Positions 1 through 15,681 of a stretch of DNA of 64,000 bases are shown piece by piece; position 1 is the stretch's first letter; each line of letters begins with the position of its first letter. A program made the translations under genes and the position numbers. The notes below the pieces were generated by a model. It was not told where the DNA came from and searched no databases. It was given only the letters and a program-made list of their open reading frames with translations. This DNA is from the human T2T-CHM13v2.0 reference genome, Homo sapiens, in the NCBI RefSeq assembly GCF_009914755.1, contig NC_060932.1. One strand, given 5' to 3'.

Positions 1-370
1 CTGGTAGCCAGACAGACAATAAACCAGATAATTAACAATCATACAAACAGAGAATATTAACAGGAACAGGCTGGTGTGACAGATATTTCCTTAAAAAAGC
101 ATTAGTAATATTGTTGAGAAGATATGGGTGTTTCAGGTAAGGATTTAGCTTCAGATGCTCATTCTCTCCAGTTTAACTATTACATTAAGTCGTAGTGAAA
201 TAGCAGTGGTACAAACAGCAACCAACATTTACTGGCCCTTAATCAATGCCAGATACTGCTCTAAATACTTTACATATATGAGATCATCCAGTTATGAAGG
301 TTACAATAAAACCATCCACGAAGGGTCAAGATAATAACATGATTGTAAGACAGACAGGGGACCCTGACCA

Positions 371-524
371 TTTGAGTTCAAGCCCAAAGGCTGCCAAATG
401 CTGACTTCCAAGTTACTCCACATTTCTGCATCATAGTCTCTTCATCTGTAAAATAGGGGTCATAGCACATAATTTATGTGCTTGTTATAAGGATTAAATG
501 AGACAACATATGCAAAATGCACAG
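371..524 (+). mobile_element. MIR SINE fragment
   Basis: MIR core-like text: tcttcatctgtaaaatagggg...ttgttataaggattaaatgagacaacatatgcaaaatgc. Confidence 0.7.
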
Positions 525-599
525 ATCAGAGCCTCCCTCTGTTGACGGCAATGTGTGCTTTTATGATTTATTCCTCATTTTAACTATAGTATTTTACTA

Positions 600-750
600 C
601 TAATAATACTGGATACCATCACTCTTGTTTCACAAATAAGTATAGTACAAAAAGATTAAGTCACTTCCTTCAAATGACACAGCTAAAAAAGGTAACAAGC
701 CATGTTGGAACTCCATAATTTTGTTTCAAATATGCCCTGTCTACCACGAG
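600..750 (-). mobile_element. MIR SINE fragment (antisense)
   Basis: tttcacaaataag...agattaagtcacttccttcaaatgacacagcta resembles the antisense MIR core. Confidence 0.55.
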
Positions 751-1008
751 GAAGTACTGTGTTTCTTGGGGCTCATCTAATTCTAGATTTTCTGAAATGT
801 CAAACCAATATAAAAAAAATAGGAAATTGAATTGAACAAAACATACTTTAAAATTTCTTTAAGCATTTTGGTCTCTAAAAGAAACATCTTATACTCACAC
901 ACACAAACACATAAAGCTTAAAGTGTAAGATATGACCTCTACTTTGCTGCTATCATCCAGGTTTTGGTAGCATGACCTTGTTTGTCTTGTTTCATTTTGT
1001 CTCCTCAG

Positions 1009-1024
1009 ATTCCAAACGAGGAGG
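1009..1024 (+). other. Candidate 16-nt micro-exon (ATTCCAAACGAGGAGG)
   Basis: TGAC branch-like motif, AG-free pyrimidine tract ttgtttgtcttgtttcattttgtctcctcag, donor AGG|gtatgt; motif evidence only. Confidence 0.3.
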
Positions 1025-1249
1025 GTATGTTATAAACTGTCATCTGCCTACACATTTTAGAAAGTATTGCCTATGCAAATCTCCCTACTTGGTATTCTGA
1101 AAGAACATCACTAGTGACCTATTTTGTTCAGTGTAGATGATGTGAATTTGGTATTTTGTTACCGAAGTTTGTATAGTTTACAAGAAAAATTTTCTTCTCA
1201 GGGATGGAAATATAGAATTTGCCAACAAATCTACCTTATCCTCAGTTCC

Positions 1250-1980
1250 TCTAATCTTCCTAAATATTCAATCAGCTGTGTCAGAAATACTTCTTGAATG
1301 CATCTTTTCCTGTTTTTCCATGCCTACTTCTCTAACAGATTTAAAACTCACATCGCAATAACCACTCGATTTTTCATATCCAGTGTTACTTAAAAATACT
1401 TTTAAAACATATTGGCATACTTGAATGAAAAGAAAACAAAACACTGATTGATTCCTAACTCTCAGCTTGAAAGAAATTTATGTTCATAACATGTAAGGTT
1501 CTTCACAATGTGACCCAATTCTACTTTTCTATCTCTACTTCACCTCACTTCCATCATTTAAGAGTAAGCCAAATTTCCCATGTTTGTCAACTACATACCA
1601 CTTATATTTATTTTCACCTTCAGTTTCCCAGGCCTGAAATTCTTATCCACGTCTCTTTATCAGGAAAAAGTATAGACATTTTTCCAGTCCAAGTCTAAGT
1701 CCTGTCCTCTGTGAAGCCTTTCTACTCCTCCAGAGTTAAAATTCACCTCCCACCCTTCAGTTCCTCAGTCAGTGTTGACATCGATCACAGTACTCGTTGT
1801 AGGCTTTTTGACTTACTTTGTTTTAATCATTCATGTGATGTGTAACCTTCATTTAACTGAACTGTCCTGAAAACATAGTATGCTGTCAATTACTTTTTCT
1901 CATACAGACTTTTAAAAGTATAGTTTGTGTCACGATTGACACATACTTTATGTTCAATAAATGCATGTTGAATGAATGAA
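1250..1980 (+). mobile_element. L2 LINE 3' region, degraded
   Basis: Ends in the L2 3' signature tcaataaatgcatgttgaatgaatgaa; tcctctgtgaagcctttct motif upstream. Confidence 0.6.
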
Positions 1981-2064
1981 CTGAACTGAGCACATTACAA
2001 GATCCAGGCTACATGGGTTTAAGTGGATTTGTGTTCAGATCACACCAAATTTAGGAAGCCATTA

Positions 2065-2217
2065 CTCCCCTTCTTTTCTTCCTTCTTCCTCCTCCTCTTC
2101 CTTCTTCCTCCTCCTCTTCCTTCTTCCTCCTCTTCCTTCTTCCTCCTCCTTCTCTTCCTTCTTCCTCCTCCTTCTCTTCCTTCTTCCTCTTCCTCATTCT
2201 TCTTCTTTTTCTTCCCC
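2065..2217. repeat. (CTT/CCT)n polypyrimidine low-complexity tract
   Basis: About 150 bp with a single purine (A2196). Confidence 0.95.
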
Positions 2218-2363
2218 AGAGCAAGGTTGGTAAAAATTCATTTCCGTGAAACAAGTCATATCAAATTATTATTTAATGGTTATTCATCATCCCTGTGCCC
2301 AAGGCAGCTATGTCATTCCTTTCCTTAATACTTGACCCACTGAAGCTGCAAAACAAGTGTTTA

Positions 2364-4531
<2,168 letters not shown>

Positions 4532-4546
4532 GAAATAAAAAGTAAA

Positions 4547-4872
<326 letters not shown>

Positions 4873-5119
4873 TCATTTCCTTCAGAATGCAAATCATCTA
4901 ATTATTGAAATTTTTATGTTAAAGGAAGAAGTGCTTATTATGAAAATAAACTTATCTAGAGCTGTTTACCTGACTTCCTGGAATTCTGCACTCACATTTT
5001 AACTTGAATGTGAAGTAATGCAGAAGAGAGATATTATCTATGTATCAATCAACTTTATGCATTTCTACTCTGATACTTTTATTGAGAATTTCCCCATTTG
5101 GTTTAGTCACGGTTATGAA

Positions 5120-5750
5120 TTAGCTAGTCATGGAGGCCACTGCTAGGAATCTCTTCTGAGAATGCTCTATGACTTTGCATTGTCCTTCTGGCTCCTGTCC
5201 ACCTCTTTAAAGCTATACAGTAATCAGAGTAGTCCCCATCCTGAAGCTCTCTTTCTCCCAACCGATAATACGGATGGTATTGATGAATATGTATCCAGAA
5301 TGATGCTGCAGGGAGCAGTTTTACACATGACAGTCCATTTACAGGGAATCTGGGGTAATCTATCACTTCCTGTATCAGTCAAAAACCTCCAACTCCACCT
5401 TTAGCCATGGGTGGGCTTAGGAAACAAATGCTTCTAGACTCATTATCCTAAAAGGGAATAGTACTATCTCTATCTAAAGTAACAAAGATCCAAATAAATC
5501 AGACACTGCTGTTGCTTTAGTCAGATGAAAAGATGCTTCTTCTTTTCCTCTTAGGCAACATTTGCAGCAACTAGGAGATATCCTCCTCTTAGCACTTCTA
5601 TGTTGGGTTGCCACTTTTCCACTCCAGCTGCCTCTTCAGTTGTTCTTGAGGGTAATGTTGCCCTCACACCAGCCCCAGGGTTCCAACCCTATCCACTGTG
5701 AGTGCTACTGTCTGTCCAGTCAGTATGTTCACTATGAGAACATGATTGAG
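5120..5750. mobile_element. Possible old ERVL-type LTR remnant (LTR16/LTR33-like)
   Basis: Start agtcatggaggccactgctaggaatctcttc resembles recalled LTR33/LTR16 termini; locally higher GC. Confidence 0.25.
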
Positions 5751-6920
5751 GTACACCTCAATTGATGAGGTCAAAGAGACTGCATGTTGACTAAGTAGAA
5801 TTTAGACATTGTGTCTTATTTTGGTGAGCAGAAAGAAATGTAGAGCATATGTGAAAATTTACTTTATATAGAAAAATAGACAATCTGCAGATTTAAAGCA
5901 AACAACTAAGGTAAAGCAGTAATTTTCCACCAATGGATGAATGGTTTAGCCAATTTCTATGTCCAAAGAAATCAAATTTTAATGGAATTAGATATTTTAA
6001 ATCACTTCTTTTTATGGATCGAGGAAATTATTAAATTTTCTAGAATTCTAGAATGGAACTCCCCAGTGGTGAGCTGGTAGATTTTTCAAACCAAGCACTG
6101 TACAAACATTTTTCCCACTTCTCTTCTAATAGAATGATAGTTCATTTCTGTAGTATTGCATGCTTATGGCTTGGAAAAAAACAAGTGATGAGTTACGTAA
6201 AAAGCTTGTGAAACTTTTGAAACTACTGGCTACCATGATCTTAATTTATTAACTACCTATCATGATGATGGTGATGACGATGCTAATGATGATAATGTGC
6301 GTGTGTAGAGAGTATCCCAGATGCGTATTTGTATATGATACACAGTTCATGTTATATGAGTATCATGAATGATGAAAACTAGAAAGTAAGTAGGGAACTA
6401 AGCCTCTATTAAACTGGTTTTCTTTTATCTTGGTGGGAATTGGTACTGTAAAAAGAATAAGAAGACTCTGTATTCTAAACTTTTTAAAGGAAATCATATT
6501 TAAATAAGAAATTAATCTTTATCAAATAAGTTGGATATGTTTTCCAATAAATCTCTAACTAGAAGGAGGATAAAGAAATGGAGAGCTTAAGAGAAAAAAT
6601 TGCCTTTGAGATTATTTTCCACAGATATATTTTCATTTATGATAATTACATTTGTACTAGTTGAAAAAAAATCTTTTTTTTTTCTCCTAAAATCTGCTTG
6701 GATTATGAGGGGTTTTAAATATCTGGAAACATTAGGGCCACATATTTAGTTGACTTTATGTGCATGTATGCTGTAACTTAATTTCTATAGAAACAGATGA
6801 GAAAAACCAGAGATATAATATTTATGACAAATATGTTTCTATAATTACAAATAATAATGGAATTACAAAATATAAACAATTGGATATAAACTCAAATAAG
6901 TACAACACAGTTATAGTACC

Positions 6921-7384
6921 TGTGATGGTTAGTTTTGTGTCAGTTAGACTGGAGATGGGTGTCCAAATATTTGGTGAAACATTATTTTGAGTAGGTCTGT
7001 GAGAGTGTTTCTCAATGAGATGAACATTTGAATCAGTAGTCCCATTCAGGAAGATTTTCTTCCTCCCCAGTGTAGTTGGACCTAAATAGAATAACAAGGC
7101 AGAATACAAGAGAATTCACTCTCTCTGCCTGACTGTCTTCAAGCTGGGACATGAGTCTTCTCTTGCTTTTGAATTCAGATCAGGAGTGGAACTTACACCA
7201 TTGGCGCTTTTGATTTTCAGGCCTTCATGTTTGGTTTAGCATGATATCACAGGCTTTCCTGGGTCTCCAACTGGCTAACTACAGATCCTGGGGTTTCTCA
7301 TCCTCCCTAACTGCTTGAGTCAATTCTTTATAATAAATCTCTTTATTTATTGGTCTGTTTCTCTAGAGAACCCAGACTAATACA
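6921..7384 (+). mobile_element. MLT2 (ERVL) solo LTR
   Basis: Termini tgtgatggttagttttgtgtcag and tctctagagaacccagactaataca; AATAAA near the 3' end. Confidence 0.85.
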
Positions 7385-7911
7385 GCAACCATATTATTTA
7401 CTAAAGGAACATGGTAAAAACATGCATGAATGCTAAGCAACAAGGAGACCTTGCAAGTAGCAATTATTGTGCTTGTATGAGACACTATGATTTCGCATAC
7501 TTTGAAGCATTTTGTTAATTGTGGTTATACCTTAGCTATATCTGAGAAGGCAATACTGCAGGAGAAATATTAGAGATAATCTATTTTCAACTTCTATAGT
7601 CATTACTTTGAAGATCTCTAGCAAGTCTTACCCTTTTCTTCCTCAACTAAATAAATGTGGGGTGGGGGGAATATTCCTGAGATTACTTTTTCAAATGACT
7701 GGAGCGATTTCAAACTTCTGACATTTTTCTACACTAATGGAAGATAAACCAAGCCCCTGAGCCTCCTTGCAAGATGGCAAGATTTTGAGCCAGAAGCAAT
7801 GTAAGTGTGTCTAGCTAAATCAAAAGAGTAAGTATATCATGTGTGGTGGGCAAACATTAAGAATATGTCAGACCAAATAGCACAAGACACAACTAAGAAG
7901 ATTACTCCAAC

Positions 7912-8068
7912 CCAGTGCTTACAAATCAATAATGTACATACAAATCATCTGAAGATATTTCTAAATGAAGACCTGAGTTGAAGCCTAAGATTCTGCATTT
8001 CAAACGAGCTTCCAGGTCATGCCAACAAAGCTGGTCTGCAGATTACTCTTTGAGTAGAATGACTCTAA
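7912..8068. mobile_element. MER5-family hAT-Charlie MITE
   Basis: gcctaagattctgcatttcaaacgagcttccaggtcatgcc...actctttgagtag. Confidence 0.7.
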
Positions 8069-8344
8069 CAGCCCAGCTGAGGTGCAGGACTAGAAATGGA
8101 CTTCCAAAAAGCTCCCAGCCAGAACCTTTTAGATCTGGAGTGTGGCCCCAAATCATAGATCAAGTAGAACATTGCAATTGTTGCAAAAAAATTTTTGAAC
8201 TATTTCCCAGCCCATGTTAAACCTACAAATCTATAAATTAGAATGTTTGCCCTCCACACCCCAATTTCCATGGGAAAGACTGCTCACAAAAATGTGTCGA
8301 AATTTTTTTTTAAAGCAATACTGCAGTTAAGCTACATTTTCTAA

Positions 8345-8657
8345 TCTTTTTTATACACAGGCATAACCATACCTCCATGTTATAATCAGCAGAATGTGGG
8401 CAGAAGTGATATAGGACATTTACAGGCCTGCACTATAAAAACCTGCAGTGTGCTAGCCTCCCCACCTGAGGTCCTAGAGCGATATGGAACCACACATGAA
8501 AAGAATAGGGGTCTCCATATATCTGCATGGATCAGAACCACCAGTCCTACAAATACCACTGGATTGTGTAGTGACAGATATATAATTTTTGTATTTGAGT
8601 TAACCCTTGAGATGCCAGAATCGTTTGTTATTGGAGTTGGCCTGACCTGACAGAACA
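8345..8657 (+). mobile_element. MLT1 (MaLR) LTR fragment
   Basis: gaatgtgggcagaagtgat...aggcctg and 3' end ttaacccttgagatg...tttgtta...cctgacagaaca. Confidence 0.55.
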
Positions 8658-8865
8658 GCCCTTGCTCTCCTCTGTAGGGACTTACATGTCCCAGCGCTCC
8701 TATGCACCCAAGGCTCCTTCCCTGTAGTGCCCTGACAACTCTTCTTCCCTGTCTTAAGTTGGCTCCATACTCCTCATCCTTTAATCATGTTGACTTTTCT
8801 TATAACTCTGATATACCGCCAGATAATTATTAAGCTAGAGATGTATATGTTAAATGACATACTTG

Positions 8866-9189
<324 letters not shown>

Positions 9190-9259
9190 TCAAAGGCACT
9201 GATATCTAACATCATGTTTTTCTCTCAGGGATAATTAATCAAAATGGCTTCATTCAGAG

Positions 9260-9481
9260 CAGGCACCGGCCAACTTTTATTTTCAAGAGACAGACAGAAA
9301 ATCAGATAGTAAATATATTATGCTTTGTGGGCTATGCAGTCTCTGTCAAAACCATTAAACTCTGCTGTTGTAGGTCAAAAGGAGCCACAAACAAGAACTG
9401 AATGGGCATGTCTGTATTATACCAAAGTATTATATTTTAATAAGAGACAGTCAGCTGCAAGCCATAGTTTGCCTACTTCTG
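9260..9481 (+). mobile_element. MER58A-like hAT MITE
   Basis: cagatagtaaatat...gctttgtgggctatgcagtctctgtc...gccatagtttgcctacttctg. Confidence 0.75.
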
Positions 9482-9717
9482 ATCTTGAAACTGAATCTCC
9501 ACTGAATTTTGGAAACCAAAGTTATAGCAACTAAACCCATAACATTTTCAAAACAATTCTAGTATTATATAAAAACATTGTTTTTAATAATTTTTAAATA
9601 AATAATGCATAGTATTAGACTTGCATGCATTTTATATAAGAATTCATAAAAAGGAAAAAAATTCCATTATGTTAAATGTAGGTATAAATTTAACTTTGTA
9701 AAATGTGGCCTGGGATA

Positions 9718-9929
9718 CTTTGCCTCCCGGGTTCAAGTGGTTCTCCTGCCTCAGCCTCCTGAGTGGCTGGGATTACAGGCGCTCACCACCACCTAATTTT
9801 TGTACTTTTAGTAGAGACGGGGTTTTGCAATGTTGGCCAGGATGGTCTCGAACTCCTGACCTTAGGTCATCCTCCCACCTCGACCTCCCAAAGTGTTGGG
9901 ATTACAGGCGTGAGCCACCGTGCCTGGCC
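9718..9929 (-). mobile_element. AluS fragment lacking its 3' end and tail
   Basis: Antisense Alu from tgcctcccgggttcaag to gagccaccgtgcctggcc; no poly(T). Confidence 0.9.
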
Positions 9930-10900
9930 TGATTCATGTCTTTTATTAGATTGGGAAAACTTCTCATCTGTTAGCTCTTCAATAGGGCCTCTTCTTCATT
10001 CTTTACAGTCTCCCCATATGGAATTCACATTAGATATGTGTTATATCTTCCTTCATTCTGCCTTTCATGTCTCTTTAATGCTCTCTTATCTTTCCCATCT
10101 CCCTGTCTCTCTGTGATACATGCTGGCTTATGGCTTCATATCTTGTGCTAGCAGTTCTTAGCTATGTTACTCAGCTCTTAAGTTATTCATTAAAATATTA
10201 ATTTATGAATATATTTTTGTCATGTATTTTTTTCAGACTTGTCAGATATACTGTTTTTATTGTTATTGGGTTTTACTATTTTTATTCCATTGTTCATTTC
10301 TGAAGCATTGATACATATATATGATGTATATATAATTTTAATATTCTGTATCTGAAAATTTCAATTACTGAAGTAACTGAAAAATCTAAACTTGTGAATA
10401 ATTGTTTCTGTTAAATTTCACTCGAGGTAGCCCATTTTCTGATAGCCTTTTTGATTGTTTGTTTAGATCATAATTAAAATGTGAGAAGCCTAAGGAACCA
10501 GGATTAAGGGTTAAGGAAGCATTCTTCTAGAGAAAGTTTGTATTGTACCTGCTAAGTCCTAGAGATGAGTACAAACCTCGAGATAATATAAAGTCGAGGG
10601 GGCAGGACAAAATTTTCAAGAGGCTCAAGGATACAGTACTTGTAACTCCAATGGCCTGATGTTCCTTTTCCTGTTTCCAGCCATTAGTCCCCAGAGCTTC
10701 AGCTTTCAGGTAGTGCCAGTTGTCTCTAAGGGAAATTCTGATTTTAGCTTTCATTTTCTACTATTTTTTCAACTCCCTGTTTCTGAAATTTACTTCACCA
10801 TACTGGCTTTCCATTATCTTTTGCAAATTTAGAAATTCAAAGAAAATACATCTTTTTGTAACTTAAGGCATAGCTAGGTTGCCTGTGGGATTTTATTTCA
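9930..10900 (-). mobile_element. Old L1M fragment (ORF1/5' region, antisense)
   Basis: gattcatgtctttt...ttgggaaaacttctcatc...ctcttcaat typical of antisense L1M. Confidence 0.5.
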
Positions 10901-11160
10901 GAACATACAGCCTGTGAATTTACTGGATGCGACGTCCTCATTAGGCATCTTTTTGCATAACCAATGAACTCATTATTCATGAAAAATAAATAAAAGAAGG
11001 CTAGAGTATGGAGGTAAGGGTTGAGAAGAAGTAAATATAGAATATGCTGTCATTAAGAATAAAACAGTAGATAACTTGAAATTAGAGAACAAGATACAAC
11101 TTAGAAACATATATTATCATATGCTTCTAAAAATATGCTTCTAAAAAATAAGTTGTGTGT

Positions 11161-11163
<3 letters not shown>

Positions 11164-11191
<28 letters not shown>
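11164..11191. repeat. (GT)14 microsatellite
   Basis: Direct reading. Confidence 0.95.
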
Positions 11192-12635
11192 ATCAGTCAG
11201 GAAGAAGTGTTTGCAGATTTAATTTTTGTTTATGAATTGCCAGATCTTACGTGAAATCATAAGCAACTGTAATATATTATTATAAGATAAAAGCATAGTG
11301 CTTACTTGTACTATTTGTACAAGTTTCATCCAGAAAAAGAGATTTCAATTACATTTCCTTGAAAGACTAGTTGACATGTATATGAAACAAGTAATCTTTA
11401 TGCCTCAAAGCTGACCCATTCTTTTCTCTTTTTTGACTTAACAGAAAATCACTTTTTCTTCAAATCAGAAATAATAATATTATATCTGTATCCATATATC
11501 TGTCTATGTAAAGAGATATAGTTCATTGGTTATATAAAAAGGTATCTAATGAGAACTTCTAGTAAATTTGCAGACTCTGTGTTCTGAAATAAAATCCCAC
11601 ATGTAACTGAGCTATGTCTTATTTATATATGTAACATAAATATAATAAATAGCTTATTCTTGCTTTACAGAACGAGCTATCTATATTAAAACAGTAGAAA
11701 CAACTAGAAATTTCCACATCTAATAAACATTAGCAAATATTGGTATAAATAATTTTTTCTCTCAAAGTGTGAACCTTCTCCTAGTGGAGAAATAACCATA
11801 GGACTTTCAAAAATCTTTTTTACATGTAAAAAATTACAGTTTTTCTCACTTGTTCTGCTTTTCATGAAACATTTAAAAATAATGCAATCTGAAGAACAAA
11901 CATACAGAAAGAAAAACATATTTATGCTTGTATTAAAACAGTACTTCTTCCAAAAAGATATTAAATATGTTACAACCTTAAACACAGTCTTAAATTGGGC
12001 ACTAAAATCCATTAACAGAACTGAAGACTTTTTAAACCATGAGAAATAAATGTGTCTAAGCACTTATCTCGTTGCTTATAATCAGCTTGTTCCTAGAGGT
12101 GAACCCTGGATTTTGAGTTTACCGGCAGTTAAGGCAGAATAAAAATGTTACATTATAAAATTTTCATTGCCTGATAAAAGAAAGCAAAGAAATTTACACA
12201 GAAAAATATTTTCCCACAATACTAGCATTTGATCTTCGCTCTCTCAGAAGCTTAAATATGTTCATTTAAAGCATTCGCTTGTAAATTTGGGCAAATCAAA
12301 TGGTGCCCTGCACTGCTGGCACTGAGGCCTGCCTCACCTAATGCTACTGGGGGCCAGGTGTAGCTAGAGCATTAGGGATATAGTCAGATGTTATCTTAGG
12401 TCAAAAATAAGTGAAGCAGTAAATGAAATGAATGAATAGTGTTAAAAAAGATTTTAAAAATTGAATCCAGCTTTTAGTGTCATATTCCTCTAAATTGTTT
12501 CATTTCCCATTATTTCTATATGAAAACATTAATTTGATATCTGATTTACATTAAGAACATTAACAAGATAAAATATTTTAAATGTCATCCTTTCCACTAA
12601 ACATATTTAAAAGTGAAATGAATATGCATACTTAC

Positions 12636-12737
12636 CATTTTAGAATGTGAAAGACATCGTGTCGTCTTTTTTCTGGAGGAGGAATTTGTGATGTGTGAGA
12701 TTCATTATTCTAAATGTGAGTGATCAATTTACTAAAG
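12636..12737 (-). other. Candidate 102-nt non-coding or UTR exon
   Basis: Minus-strand acceptor ttcctcacactttctacag| and donor ATG|gtaagt; stops in all three frames. Confidence 0.35.
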
Positions 12738-12899
12738 CTGTAGAAAGTGTGAGGAACTGATCTGTATTCATTTATATTCACATTCTGCACTGTACAATTC
12801 TTCACAATTCAGTGACTATGAATTTGCACAAAGTTCAAAATCTCTTCCTGATCCACAAAGTGAAGTTCTGAACTAGATTCAGAAAAATCATGCACTGCT

Positions 12900-13375
12900 T
12901 TTCTATTATTTCTCCAGTTTGGCTGCTTTTGCTGCCTCTTCCAATGGGCATGGAGGTGGGTGGATGTCCTCTATGTATCTCAGTATTAGTTCCAGATAAT
13001 TCTCTCTCTCGTCTCCCTCCTCCTTAACCTTTAAAGTTCACATCACGACACTACACAAGTCACTATGCTTATCAGCCCTCATTCCTGGAAGATTTCCTCT
13101 TTTGGTTCACCCACTGCCATACTCCCAGGAATCATTCCAGTCATAATTGTTGGTAATTTCAGTTACCATATAGATAATTTCCTGATACTTTGAACTCTTA
13201 GGTTGTTGATCTATCCTCCTATGATCTTGTCACATTCACTTCATGAGCCTCTCTCCTGCTCATTGGAAGATGTTTTCATGATTAATAACTGTATCTCTTC
13301 CATTATCTCCATTGTAAGCCTAACACAATATACTTGTCCTTTTAGCTTACTGCTTCTAATGCCCAACACCAACAT
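12900..13375 (+). mobile_element. L2 internal fragment
   Basis: tcattcctggaagatttc...tcataattgttggtaatttcagttaccatatagat resembles the L2 endonuclease region. Confidence 0.5.
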
Positions 13376-14963
13376 GTAAAAAAATTTCTTGAGGATTGAG
13401 GTAAAAGTACAATTAAAATTTGTATTCAACTGATAAAAAGACAATTACATTATAAATTTGTTTTATCATCGCTAAAAAGACAAAGTATAAATTTATTAAA
13501 GATAATTACAATTAAAAATTTAAAAAATATAATAAAAACATAAATCATCCAAAAATATTCTTTTAATGAATTTTTCTCCAATTAGTTCACTGTCTTTGGA
13601 TGAATATAACTTATTAATGAATGAAAGAGGTTCAACATTAGATATATGCTACCTTTGCAGTATAATGTGTGGGATGAGAAATATATTCATATAAATAAGT
13701 AGAAATAAAGAGATTTGGCATAAAAATGTTACTTAATTATTGAACAGATTTTGAGGTATTTCCATCAAAAACCCTATCACATTGATTTATCTTCATTATA
13801 TTTGACAATAGCCCAATTAGATACAACCTTCAATTTTGCAATAAGGAACTAATCAGAAACCAACAAAACTGCCAAATGTTTCATTATCTATTCATTAAAT
13901 ATATTACATCTCTCACTTCGAGGAACATGCCTAAAAACTTTTTAGTAAAACTAAGTGATTGCTTGATATACCTCTTATTTTCTCTTGAAGACCTACTTTG
14001 TTTAATAGATATATTTTAGTAAAAGCTGGGATACTTGATAGATGGCAGAAGCATATGATATATAAAATGCTTTCTTTCTTTAATATGCTTCATCCATATT
14101 TTTACCATAACCTTGGAGCCCAGGATTTACTTTAATAAATTCATTAAAAAGTCTTCCATATAGCCGTCCTAAGAAAGATGTAAGAGAGGTGCATGTATGA
14201 GACATAGATTTTTGCCATATAATCATTGGCTCTATATTCTTAATCATGTCTCTTCCTCAGAAAAAGTGCACTTTAACACCAGTCAGGGGGTGAAAAATGG
14301 AAGATCCCTAGATGGAACTTGTTAGCACTCTGATCTATCATTCTACAAGATACCTAAATATAAAACATTTCAGCTCCTTCAGAATAACTTGCTTCATGCT
14401 TAATATTAAATCCCTCATATACATATATGATATATAAATCCTACTATGAGTTTTTGATGTTCAGTTGGAATTACTCTCTCTTTCTCCTCCCTGAAGGTTT
14501 AAACCCTTAAGACAATGCATTTTGAAGATAAAAAACTATGATTTTACATTAGAAAGATGTAGTTTACCATAACCAATATTTCTAAAATGCTCCATCCAAT
14601 GAGCATCTCTAAGTTTTTATAGTACCTAGTGTACCTTATAATCTGTTTGTCTCATTTCTCAATTACATGAATCTATCCACAACACAAAATCTGAGTTATC
14701 AACTTTCCGGGTTCACAGAAGCTATATCATCAAACTGTCTAATATTTACTCTTACTTTAATTACAGCTAAATTAATTATTTATAGACCATTGTTTAAATG
14801 ATATATTCCTCTCACCATTACGGCCAGAACACTGAGTTAGACGTATATAATAGAGTATTCATTTGTTAATCTTCTTCAAAATCACTTTTATTTAACCTCA
14901 ATTAAAAATAGTCCTCATTATTTTTAGGGTGATACAATATTAAGCTAGATTGAACAGGTTTCT

Positions 14964-15312
14964 GGCCAGGCGTGGTGGCTCATGCCTGTAATCCTAGCAC
15001 TAGAAGGCCAAAGTGGACAGATTGCTTTAATCCACGACATTGAGACCCACCTGGGCAATATGGCAAAAATTCACCTCTACAAAAAACAAAAATTAGCTAT
15101 GTGTGCTGGTACACACCTGTAGTCTCACCTACTTGGGAGGCTGAGATGGGAGGATCACTTGCTTGATCCCAGGAGGTTGAGGCTGCAGTGAACCGTGATT
15201 GTGCCACTCACTCCCTCACTCCACTCACTCCAGCCTGGGCAATGGAGTGAGACCCTGTCTCCAGAAAAAAAAAAGAAAGAAAGAAAACAAAACAAAAACA
15301 CAAACAAAACCT
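14964..15312 (+). mobile_element. AluJ
   Basis: gggaggatcacttg...gaggttgaggctgcagtga J diagnostics; TSD AACAGGTTTC at 14953-14962 and 15314-15323. Confidence 0.9.
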
Positions 15313-15355
15313 AAACAGGTTTCCTCTTTTACTCTAAAACTGTTTTTGCAGCATT

Positions 15356-15681
15356 CTTTCTTTTTTTTTAATACATCCAAAAAGTACATTTTAACGTATG
15401 ACAATTTTTTTTATACTTTTAGTTCTAGGGTACATGTGCACAACACGCAGGTTTGTTACATATGTATACATGTGCCATGTTGGTGTGCTGCACCCATTAA
15501 CTCATCATTTACATTAGGTATATCTACTAGTGCTATCCCTCCCCCCTCCCCCCGCCCTATGACAGGCCCAGGTGTGTGATGTTCCCCTTCCTGTGTCCAA
15601 GTGTTCTCATGGTTCAATTCCCACCTATGAGTGAGAACATGTGGTGTTTGGTTTTTTGTCCTTGCGATAGTTTGCTGAGAA
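15356..15681 (-). mobile_element. L1PA5-like 3' end with putative 35-nt 3' transduction
   Basis: Antisense L1 3'UTR at 15405-15681 (sense cctaatgtaaatgatgagttaatggg...caccaacatgg); extra segment 15370-15404 and second T tract; TSD TTTTGCAGCATT at 15344-15355 and 15682-15693. Confidence 0.85.

Noticed and set aside
2023-2328. K/E/R-rich and S/F/L-rich ORFs
   Set aside because: Translations of the CTT/CCT simple repeat.
11119-11147. 14-bp tandem duplication (atatgcttctaaaa x2) and other short hairpins, for example near 12338-12377 and 52258-52277
   Set aside because: Short slippage products or 8-9 bp arms, expected by chance in AT-rich DNA.
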